From Octopus sinensis (Eukaryota), in NCBI RefSeq assembly GCF_006345805.1, contig NC_042999.1, forward strand, positions 31,806,001-31,870,000: 64,000 nt of DNA. Direction: 5' to 3'. Below are positions 11,932 to 22,300 of this stretch, piece after piece. How positions within the stretch are numbered: position 1 is the stretch's first letter; every line of letters begins with the position of its first letter. The notes under the pieces were generated by a model. It worked only from the letters and a program-made list of their open reading frames with translations, was not told the DNA's origin and did not search any database. The position numbers and the translations under genes are program-made.

Positions 11932-12362
11932 AAGAAGAAGAAGAAGAAGAAGAAGAAGAAAAAGATATATATAAAGAAGCATTACTTCTAAAACCACTTG
12001 CTCACATCAGAGCCAATGCTCCACAAACGACCATAAAACTCTCGATAAAGACACATAAGAGAAAAAGGCTTGACTTTTTGTTGATAACATCAGAAGGTAA
12101 TGAATGTTTCAATATCAATTGATTTCACGCTTTCCATGACAAGAGTGAAACCTCGAAATGAGGAATAGATAGACAGCTGACAACTGATGAAGAGTTGTTC
12201 TCTGTGTTTACTTCTCTCGATTGCAATTTTTTACTCTCGTTGTTTGAGCATCCAACTCGTTTGTTTTCGAATTTCATCTTGTTTACATAGTTGGCAACGT
12301 TCTGTATAAATACATGCTTATATATATATATATGTGTGTGTGGTGTATGTGTGTGTGTGATT

Positions 12363-12406
<44 letters not shown>

Positions 12407-12483
12407 TATATATTTATTCATACTCTCGCTCTCTGTATATATGTACGTATATGTATATATATATATATATTATATATATATAT

Positions 12484-12516
<33 letters not shown>

Positions 12517-12555
12517 ATATATACATACATATATACAGAGAGCGAATGTGTGAAA
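11348..12555. repeat. Right arm of inverted duplication of 4248-5394
   Basis: Reverse-complement identity throughout, with a few substitutions (for example CTACGCC vs CTAAGCC and GACGACGG vs GACGATGG). Confidence 0.95.
11460..11960 (+). mobile_element. RTE-clade LINE 3' end with (GAA)n tail and inverted 5' segment
   Basis: On +: LR*LGHVLHRQPGEFIYE...GWRKRRGGQRKT...SNRQAWSAFVRDA, then (GAA)n at about 11902-11960. The segment 11460-11560 reads on -. Confidence 0.8.
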
Positions 12556-12706
12556 TTTTTATGTATTGATTAAGTCTTTCCTTGTTTGTTTTGCAAAATA
12601 GTGGTTTTGTCTCTAATAATATTTTATAATATTTTACTATAAAATTGGATTTAATCCTAAATCTGATTTTTTCCCTGTAAATTTGGATTTATTCCCTAAT
12701 ATTTAT

Positions 12707-12710
<4 letters not shown>
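12556..12710 (+). mobile_element. Second piece of the PLE terminal repeat, opposite orientation
   Basis: 12556-12628 is the reverse complement of 6441-6514 with about one mismatch. It continues about 80 nt further and ends at a (TA)n tract. Confidence 0.7.
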
Positions 12711-12729
<19 letters not shown>

Positions 12730-12741
<12 letters not shown>

Positions 12742-12870
12742 CCTACCAAATCCATTCACAAGGCGCTGGTCTGTCGGTCTCAGGCTGTAGCAGAAGAAAT
12801 TTGCCGAATCCGAAACCAGTGCGTTGGGAGGCAATCTTTTTACAACCCAGCCACTCCGGCGCCTATGTAC
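12730..12870 (-). mobile_element. Diverged SINE head (family of 20554-20968)
   Basis: Reverse complement starts ATAGGCGCCGGAGTGGCTGGGTTG... and ends ...TGTGAATGGATTTGGTAG. Confidence 0.65.
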
Positions 12871-13344
12871 ACGCACACACACATATACACAGGACACACA
12901 CACACACACTCACACATGGACACGTGTACGTATGTATGTGTGTGTGCGTGCTTTTTGTGTGTGTGTGTATTATACTTTCCGAACGACCTGGATCGTGTGA
13001 ACGTGTTTACACATGGTCAGATGACATTCCTTGTTGTCATATTGTGGTTTGAATCCCAAATCTACATTGCACTTTGTGACCTTTTTCTAGTAATATTTCG
13101 AGTTACACCTACATTCTCACCTAAATTCAAACCAATCCACGTCTTTTACACTTCCCTCACTCTTCCCTCCCCCCTCTCTCTCTCGCCTTCCATAACTATC
13201 TATCTATCTATTTATCTATGTATCATCTATCTATTTGTCTCTAATTATCTTTCTCTCTATCTAACTATACACATATACATAGATGCGCACGCACATACGT
13301 ACACACACGCACACACACACATATAATTATATATTCTTTTATTT

Positions 13345-13745
13345 GTTGCAGCCATTTGACTGCGGTCATGCTGGAGCAACGCCTTTAGTCGAACAAATCA
13401 ACCCCACGACTTATTCATTGTAAGCCTTGTACTTGTTTGATCGAGTCGTTTTTACTGAACCGCTCAGTTACGGAGACGTAAACACACCAACTTAGGTTGT
13501 CAGACTATCGTGGTGGAGGGGAGGGACAACCTATTTCTTTATTACCCACAAGGGGCTAAACACAGAGGGGACAAACAAGGACAGACATAGGTATTAAGTC
13601 GATTACATCGACCCCAGTGCGTAACTGGTACTTAATTTATCGACCCCGAAAGGGAGGGACAACCACAGACATACACACACAGAAAATTACACGCGTGTGC
13701 GTGCACACACACAAATATACGTATGACGAGCTTCTTTCGGTTTAT
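13345..13745 (-). mobile_element. SINE mosaic: 20554-family body with a nested 15003-family fragment (about 13540-13655)
   Basis: CCATTTGACTGCGGTCATGCTGGAGCA...GTAAACACACC is followed by CCCACAAGGGGCTAAACACAGAGGGGACAAACAAGGACAGAC...ATCGACCCC. Confidence 0.7.
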
Positions 13746-13773
13746 ATATACATATAAACATATACATACATAT

Positions 13774-13818
<45 letters not shown>

Positions 13819-13830
13819 GTATATATAATG

Positions 13831-13889
<59 letters not shown>

Positions 13890-15002
13890 TTATATATGTA
13901 TGTATATATACAGTTTAAAGCTCATTGAATATCTGAGGGCAGGTGAGATATTTTACCAACAGCCAGCGAGACCGACATATATATTTCAGCTATTCCGAGC
14001 AATTTCTATGGTGCACAAATCCAACCAGTCAAATACTCGGAAGAGAAAGCGTTATTTTTGTTAGAGAGTAAAGGTATTAAGACACTGACTGATGTTTCGC
14101 ATATGCATCCGATTGATTTAAAATCCTGTAAATGTAATTGAAGCAGTGATTTATTAAAATGGTCATACATGTATCATTCTTAATATAGAAACACTGTCGA
14201 ATGCCGAGTTACTGTGCTATTTGTCTTGTGATAACCTCTGTTCTGTACATGCTGTTTTAAATGCCCATACATGCATATTTTTATAAGAATGTCCAGGACG
14301 TATTTAATCATCTTCATTACAATACAGCTTCTTTGGCTCTATCCAAGAATGCACCCAGAAAAGACGGCAAGTCCGATGGTATATAGCTTGAGCAGATCGA
14401 TTATACTTTTAAACGTTTATATATATTAGTCCGACTGTGTATATTTGTGACTGTGTGTGTTTGCTTTTTTCCATTTTCTTTCTGTGTTTGTACATGTGTG
14501 CGTATGTATTCGTGCGCGCGTCTGTGTGTAGTCTCTCTTGCTGACAATATATTGGATCGAAGTTTCAAAGGTCGCATATATCTGAGCGGGATATTAGAGA
14601 ATATATGACGTATTTCTAAGCAACATGGCATATGTTAAGTAGCTATTAAAAGTGTTTGATTTATGTGAAGCGCAATATAATCTAGATTGAATACCTTCAA
14701 ATGTAATGTTTGCTGGTTGTACATCTTCACAGCTAATATGTCTAATAATAAAACGTCTTCACAAAATGAAATAAATATGACTAATTCCTTAGTGATACGT
14801 GCATACTGGAAGAGTAGCGCTGTACGAATAAGTGAGTACTTAAATAATGTATACCAATTGCTGTTTGTAATATTCCGTATCTACTTCTTTCTTTTATTAT
14901 ATGAAACCCCGTAATGGATACAGCTAGGCCATTGTTTGGATGGAATAAATGCATATTCCAATGTGTTACCTAGCACACACGCGCAATACTAAGTATTGAA
15001 GG

Positions 15003-15415
15003 TTGTGGCGAGCTGGCAGAAACGTTAGCACTCTGGGCGAAATGCTAAGCGGTACTTCGTCTGCCGCTACGTTCTGAGTTCAAATTCCACCGAAGTCGAC
15101 TTAGCATTTCTTCCTTCCGGGGTCGATTAAATAAGTACCAGTTACGCACTGGGGTCGATATAATCGATTTAATCAGTTTGTTTCTCCTTCTTTGTCCTCT
15201 CTGTGTTTAGCCCCTTGTGGGTAGTAAACAAACAGGTATTTCGTCTTCCGCTACGTTCTGAGTTCAAATTCCGCCGAGGTCGACTTTGCCTTTCATCCTT
15301 TCAGGGTCGATTAAATAAGTACCAGTTACGCACTGGGATCGATGCAATCAACTTAATTCGTTTGTCTGTCCTTGTTTGTCACCTGTGTGTAGCTTCTTGT
15401 GGGCAGTAAAGAAAT
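15003..15415 (+). mobile_element. Tandem pair of tRNA-derived SINEs (second lacks the head)
   Basis: GGCGAGCTGGCAGAAACGTTAGC head. B-box-like GAGTTCAAATTCC occurs twice, each followed by GTCGAC...GGGGTCGAT...GTACCAG...CTTGTGGG.AGTAAA. Confidence 0.85.
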
Positions 15416-17509
15416 AAGTACTGAAAGTTGTGGTTAAAATGCCAGAGTCAAGTATAAGTAACGATTGTTGTAGAAGCATCCCCCACCCGCAATTTGTATT
15501 TAAACATATTTCTATGGATTGCAGTATTTTCAGTATAATCTCCTTTGCATAAGTGATATCGAGTGGTGACTCCATAACCTGATGGTTTTATTTCCCGTTT
15601 TACTTCATAGTCAATCTTGTTGTCTTCCATACTCTACGTGAGAAAACCTATAACACAGCTGTTGTTCATCCACTTGAACGAATTGATTAGTTGTGACAGG
15701 CTACTTGAATTAACCCTCTTTTATACCTTTTAATGATTGATATACACTGATGTATATATCAGACATGTAAGCGCACTGAAATGCGTGTTATTGGGTATTG
15801 AGTATTATGTGTTTTCCTATTAGATATATGCAATAAATATTCACTTTGAAACATATTTTAAAGATTTTTTTTTTTATGTACGGATAACGAAATATGTTGA
15901 GTATATTTACTTTTGAAAGGAGAGGTTTCCACTAATAAAACACCCTACGTGGCTGCATAAGTTTTAATGATTATGCAAATCAGTTGATTAATGGTTTGTT
16001 AGGGGGATTAGATGTACATCATTTACTCTTTACTAGATTAAGGGCGATATGTTTACAAATTTTAAGTTGATGGTTACCGTTAGCATGACGCTTAGCCTAT
16101 TAAATTGCATTTATGAAATTTTTGATGAACTTGTGTGACCAGCGTCTGTCATATAAAGACCAACAATTCTTCTCTACCAAGTATGATATTCTAGATGTGA
16201 AATTATTTATTTTACTACGTATGCGAGCTGAAGCATTCACATATAACAGGTCGGGTTCCCACACTGATTATTAATCTGCTGACTCACATTTTCCCAATGT
16301 TAAAGTGTCCCAATTTAAGAAGAGAGACATTCTTGTACGCATTATTACTTGAAATTGTCTACGCTATAACGTTTCTTTTATCTTAGTAAGTAGAGAATGC
16401 CTTACTGTAGAGATATCAACAATGGATATCTAGGTAAATCTTAAGTTTTGTTTGACATTTAAGTTCTTCAAGTATTTACTTACACTGTGCCTGTCATATT
16501 ACTGAAGTATTTAGACATTACTTTTAAATTTAATCCGATTTTACAGAGGTACTAGTGAACGAAACAGATGGTATTCGAACCAAATCATGGAGATCAGTGA
16601 TTGAAGAATATTACATAGAATTCGTAAACGTTACATCTACGAAGCAAGCAGCAAATTCCACGGCAACCTTTAACATATAGAAAAGAAAATTAGCAAGATT
16701 TTTAATTTCATATGGAATCTGAAAGTGAACTCTAGTGCGGTCTTACATAATTGAATTCCCTGCAGCGAATATCATAAATATACGGAACAAAGCGACTTCA
16801 TGTATACAGAGATGAGCATTATACTGAACTGCATCAAAGCATCAAAAAATACAAATACAATTTATGAAGCAGTTGTCGCTGTTCCGATACTTTTCTTTAC
16901 ACATTTTAGAAATTAAATTCAACACCTGAATAATTAGTTCCGTGAAATAACAACAAGCTTGTTTACCGGATTCTAAAATTGATTCAATCCGACATCTAAT
17001 ACAGCTCTACACATTACTAGTTCTTAAATTTATAGAAGTCATACCCTTAAGGAACCGAAGGTGTTGATACATAACTATTTTTATTGACTGCGACTGTCTT
17101 ATTCTCTCAACGTCTACTTTCATAGACAATCCCAATCATAGATATTATTGAAAACATCAATAGCTTGATAATTATTGTTCTACCTATTATATGTTGCAAT
17201 TGCTATTTTACCTTTGCTTTAAGGCAGGCAAGATGCACCCAAACCTTAAGTACAGATGTGTAGAGAGCAGATGCTTTTACATCTATATAAGAATACGGTT
17301 TACTTACCGTAAGACTGATGTCGAGGCGTAAAAAGAAATATATCCAATGAAATTTTACACCGAATACGGTTACATGTGGAAGAATTTATGTAAATTATGT
17401 GAGATATCCATAAGTATGATCTTCAATTTACTTATTCTGAGGAAACCAGAAGTATGATCATGATATAGGTAACTCCTATCCAATATTTGTTTCAAATGTT
17501 GGCCCAAGG

Positions 17510-17680
17510 ACAGTAGTTTGAGAAAGAGGCTAATTCGATTACACCAATCCCAGTGCTCACTGAAAAAATGAAGGAAAAGTTGACCCCGGCAAAGTTTGAA
17601 CTAAGAACGTAAAGACGGAGATGCCACGAAACACTTTGCCTGGTGTATTAACGCTTCTGCCAGTTCGCCGCTTTATTCCT
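17510..17680 (-). mobile_element. Diverged SINE (15003 family)
   Basis: TCGATTACACCAATCCCAGTG...GACCCCGGCAAAGTTTGAACTAAGAACGTAA. Confidence 0.55.
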
Positions 17681-17749
17681 TTCCAGTATAATATTAGCTT
17701 CCACACTTCATGGCAGCTACTAATTAAAATGTTAAGCTCTCCCGCACTA

Positions 17750-18330
17750 ATCAGTGTTCACCAATGCCTCGATTTCTTCATGATTATAGGAGACATAAAT
17801 ATCGCCAAATTCATCCCTAAATTCTTGTATATAATTGCATATTTTTTCATTGAGTGCGACATTCGTATTTCAGAAACAGTTTTATCGTCTAGACAGAGCG
17901 TATCTTGTTTGCATGTTTTTTTGTGAGTGGCAACTGTACTCACCTTCGACAGCTTTCTCTTCTCTGAAGGTATATCGGGTTCATGTTAGTTTCTTATGGT
18001 AACGCATACGATACATTCTCATCAGCTCTCGGATTTTGACATAAACTTTGATGTTCTTCAGAGGGATTAGTAAATAAGATACAGACTTGGCTAACATTTT
18101 TATGAACACAGTGTGTATCTGACATTCAACTCAGTTTTCAGAACAGCTTTTCATTAGTGGGTTCATAATTCCATTTCGTTCGCATATCCTCGATATTTAT
18201 AACTGGCCCCCGGTTATAATTGTTTTATTTAGATATCTCTGTCTAGCGTGATGTTACATGTGATAGTTACAGACTTTACATGTGTTCCTGCAGTTGTTAA
18301 TCTTTGTAAGGAGCGCTAGTGCTTGTTGAA
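17750..18330 (-). mobile_element. Very old R4/Dong-type relic
   Basis: Minus peptides IYKNLGMN and LAKSVSY...KIRELMRMYRMRYHK resemble YKYLG and AVPV.SY...KTRK.M...HPK of the young copies. Confidence 0.55.
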
Positions 18331-18419
18331 AGTTGTTCGCAAATGTAATGTTTCAAATCATCCATAAAGAGATGCTTCAGTTTTCTTCATGCATTAGTAA
18401 TAGATAACCTGTCTCGTTT

Positions 18420-18590
18420 AGGTTAAGGCGGCGAGAGGGAGGAATCGTTAGCACGACAGACATAGTGAACGTCTTACGTTCTGAACTCAAATTCCACGCT
18501 TCAGTCTTCAGCGGTCGATGATGAATGCAGTAGTCGAAAACTGGGGTCGATCTAAACGACTGGCTTCCTCCTCAGAATGTGCCCCTAGAA
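18420..18590 (+). mobile_element. Diverged SINE (15003 family)
   Basis: GGCGGCGAG...GAATCGTTAGC...GTTCTGAACTCAAATTCC...CTGGGGTCGAT. Confidence 0.6.
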
Positions 18591-19089
18591 GAATGAATTA
18601 TTATTATTATTATTGTTGTTGTTGTTGTTGCTGATGATGATGATGATGTTATTATTATTGGAAATATAACCGGTTAATTTGTTTCTTTATTCCCTTTTAT
18701 CTTGTTTTGCTTAAATCTCTCGTACCTCACCCATTTACAGATGTACCCAGGTACTGTTAAAAGAAGATCTTGAAGGATGGTCAATTGCTGGCGGTAGATA
18801 CACACACACACATACACACGTACACATACGTATACACACGCACTCACACACACACACATACACACATACATATATATATCTATATATATATATACATACA
18901 CACACGTACACACATACATATAATATATATATATATATATTATTACACTACAATAGTAATTCCCAGCAAAACTGTTACCTTGTGCCAATATTTCCTATAT
19001 ATATATATATGCGTTTCTGTGTGAGTATGTGTGTGTGTGTGTGTGTGCAAGCAACTATATGCATGTTTATATATGTATGCATGTTTGTA

Positions 19090-19230
19090 TGTATTTACGT
19101 ATATAAGACACGTTTCTTTTAAATCACATATACCAAATCGCCTGAAAGGCCTTAGTAATCCCAGGGCTATCGTAGAAGTCACCTGCCCAAGGTGACATGC
19201 CGTATGACTAAACACGGAATCATGCATATT
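19090..19230 (-). mobile_element. SINE head fragment
   Basis: AGTCACCTGCCCAAGGTGACATGCCGTATGACTAAACACGGAATCATG, a reverse-complement match to the head region of 20554-20968. Confidence 0.45.
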
Positions 19231-20329
19231 GGAAAGAAAATCACTACCAGAAAGTCTCGCTTTCGCTTATATGCCTTTTAACTTCATCATTTCACAATTA
19301 ACACAAGAATACATGGAAGTGCGGTTTTGAGGGAATATCTATTTACCTTTTTTTTCCTAATGTTGCTTAGATGGCCTTAGCAATAGCAATCCAGCAGTGA
19401 GTATAAGTGCTAAGGTGTAGCCACTCCCGTTGTAAATAATAGAAGAATAAAACAAAACAAGAGGAAATAGAACAATGAGGACGACGTCAGAAACAAGATC
19501 ACAAACATCTACACGAGTCGCGGAAACGGTAAATAACAAAAGTACACAATCAACTACAATAATAGAATAATCGACAGCAGCAATAAGTGTAACCTCCACG
19601 GCGCCAGCAGCGGTAAGATCAAAACGAAATTAGCACAATCTGCGGCAGCTGCTAGCGCCAGAAACTCTACCAGCTACACGTCAAGCACAACCGCTAACAC
19701 CACCACAAAAGGAACAACAAATATAACGCGTACAGCGACAATAGTAAATTAACCTATTAAGACAATAGCAAGAGCAATAACGAAAACTAATAAATCAAAA
19801 GGGAAGAAGAACATACTTCGCCATTCAAAGTCAATGTATTTCTAGTTTTAAGGAACGCAAAGCGGACATTGTCTAAATTTAATAATGAATTGTTAATCCT
19901 AGGGTATTTTCACCCTCAGAAAAACAACTGGTATGCAACAAAAATAAGATAATAATTTACAAGTGGATGCAGTGCATAGAAAGTAACTCAAATACTAGCG
20001 CCTTGCCGAAATCAAAACATGTTTGTGATAAACATAGCTTTGAACACTACATATCGCCGGAGGAAAAAAATATGGGTTTATTGCAGGTTTAAGTGACAGC
20101 GAAAAGGAAGCTAGGACTATGACAACACGAACTTACGACTTATCGATATTGATATACATATATATTGGTCATCGGGTGTCTCATGTCACGGTCAAAATCC
20201 TACATCCTGAAAGGAACGAGTCCTTATTCATTGCTAAGTGAGAAGTGGTTACAAATATGAAGTACAGCTCCCAACAGAATAGAACCGAAACATGATGGGA
20301 GTTCCAAGATTTTGTTGCTTCGAAAGAAG

Positions 20330-21500
20330 TTCCTGGCATCCCAAACTGTTATTTCAAGCAATCAACCAGTGTGGTGTTACTTGATCGGCATGTAACAAGG
20401 TATTCATTTGCGCAGCTATTCGTGCATGACATTCACCAAATCTTTTGATCCAGTAGCCTTGAATTCCATCTGGTCCTGGGGCCTTCCAGTTGCTTATCTT
20501 TTTCTTTTGCTGATTTCCTTCACTTCCCTAAATGAAATGATTAGTAACCAATTATAGGCGTACGAGTGTCTGTGTGGTAAGTAGTTTGCTTAGCAACCAC
20601 ATGGTTCCGGGTTCAGTTCCACTGCGTGGCACTTTGGACAACTGTCTTCTAATATAGCCTCGGGCCGACCAAAGACTTGTGAGTGGATTTGGTAGACGGA
20701 AACTAAAAGAAGCCCGTCGTATATATGTATATACATGTGTGTGTTTGCGTGTGTGTGTGTTTTGTGAGTCTGTGTCTGTCTCCTCAACATCGCTTGACAA
20801 CCGATGGTGGTGTGTTTACGTCCCATTAACGAAGCAGTTCGGCAAAAGAGACCGATAGCATAAGTACGAGGCTCAGACAGAATAAGTCCTGGGATCGATT
20901 TGCTCGACTAAATGCGGTGCTCCAGCATGGCCACAATCAAATGACTGAAACAAGTAAAAGAGTAAGAGAGTTCTGCCTGTTTTGTAAAGACTACTATTTG
21001 TTTCAGTTCTTGCAAGCATTCAGCATCCTTCTTGTGTTCTTTGTATTTGCTGCAGATGTCATTCGAAAACCTTTGACTTTCATTGTTATCTGGTATCAAC
21101 TTTTCATCCGTACACTCTTCATTTCTTTATTTATATAATCTCTTCTGATCTACTCCGAATAACCTTTTTCTGGCGGTAACCCCTCATTCTTTGGTCCAAT
21201 CTCACCATCTCTGCTTTCTTTGCAACGAGGCGCTGCTTCAGTTCCCCAATTACTACTTTCTGGCCCTTTCTTTCAATATCATGCTTCCTTTTCAGCACCC
21301 TGTATTAATAACTGCTGTATATTATCGTTATTTTGTTCTTGATTTTATCACCATCATCACCACGTTTTCGGCCCTCTCCCACACAGTCTGCAGATGTCGT
21401 TTGCACTTGTGTGGTATATGTTCGTTTTCACTGAGTTGGTGTTCAATGCCTGGTCCTCGGCAGCGATGATTAGGCTTTCAATATTGTTTATTAGGTCACT
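20330..21500 (-). mobile_element. Old R4/Dong-type relic (pre-RT region), split by the SINE at 20554-20968
   Basis: EHKKDAECLQELKQ lies above the SINE and KKISNWKAPGPDGIQGYWIKRF lies below it, colinear with NNCKAPGHDKIPNFWLK in the young element. Confidence 0.75.
20554..20968 (+). mobile_element. Full-length tRNA-derived SINE with internal (TA)/(TG) tract
   Basis: A-box-like GTCTGTGTGG, B-box-like GGGTTCAGTTCC, 3' end ATGACTGAAACAAGTAAAAGAGTAAGAG. Nested inside a LINE relic. Confidence 0.85.
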
Positions 21501-21599
21501 CTCGTTGAGTCACCTCCATGATTCTTCGTGGTCTTTTACTTTCTTGGTTTCACGATTGATCTGACCATATAATTCCATGAGTAGTAAGGTTGCTTCTCT

Positions 21600-22060
21600 C
21601 TCTCGTTGGCTTGTTCTTGATTGGAATCATGATCACTCTCAAGCCCATTTCTGTTAACTCGTTCTTCATTAGCAGTATAATGTAGCAGGTCATGTTTGCT
21701 GTTTACCAACTATTCTGCTATGTTTCTTTTTTCACTGTTGATGAACACCCGTACACTAATTAGCCCACGCCCACCCTTACCTCTGTTCATGTAGAGCCTG
21801 TGTACATTTGCCTTAGGTTGGAGGGCACCATGAATTGTCATTGTCTTTTGAGTAGTGCTATCAAGTTGGCCAATCTCTGTGTTCATTTCAGGTTTGGTGC
21901 ACTATAGCGGACTCCAGCAACACCCCATATGTCGATGGTAGTCACAAGGTTGCTTGAGTTGAGTCTTGATTTAAAGAGATGTTTCAGGCGCTTGAAATAT
22001 GCAGTGATGAATCTTGTCTTTCATTTATTTGTTCAAGATGTTTTCCAGGATCTCAAAGTA
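21600..22060 (-). mobile_element. Old R4/Dong-type relic (post-RT region)
   Basis: AYFKRLKHLFKSRLNSSNLVTTIDIWGVAGVRYS, plus degenerate HPK / RLY / GGRG motifs. Confidence 0.65.
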
Positions 22061-22214
22061 CTTCTATTATTAGTATTTTTTCCGCTGATACTGAATTTGC
22101 CTGTCGTCATTTCGGTGTCGACTAATTAAGTTCCAGTGGGATCATTGGGGTTGATGTACTCGACTAGTCCTTTCCTTCACATATATAGGGTTTGAGCCTA
22201 GAGTAGAAAGAATT

Positions 22215-22242
22215 ATTGTTACTGTTGTTGTTGTTATTATTG

Positions 22243-22287
<45 letters not shown>

Positions 22288-22300
22288 TATTATTATTATT
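22215..22300. repeat. (TTA)n array abutting the 3' end of the R4/Dong element
   Basis: Directly visible. Confidence 0.95.

Noticed and set aside
12184-12210. CTGATGA-AGAG..CTCT as a hammerhead
   Set aside because: No GAAA follows stem II.
19400-19790. Ser/Thr/Ala-rich mucin-like reading
   Set aside because: Multiple stops and frame changes; more likely decayed ACA/GCA triplet repeats.
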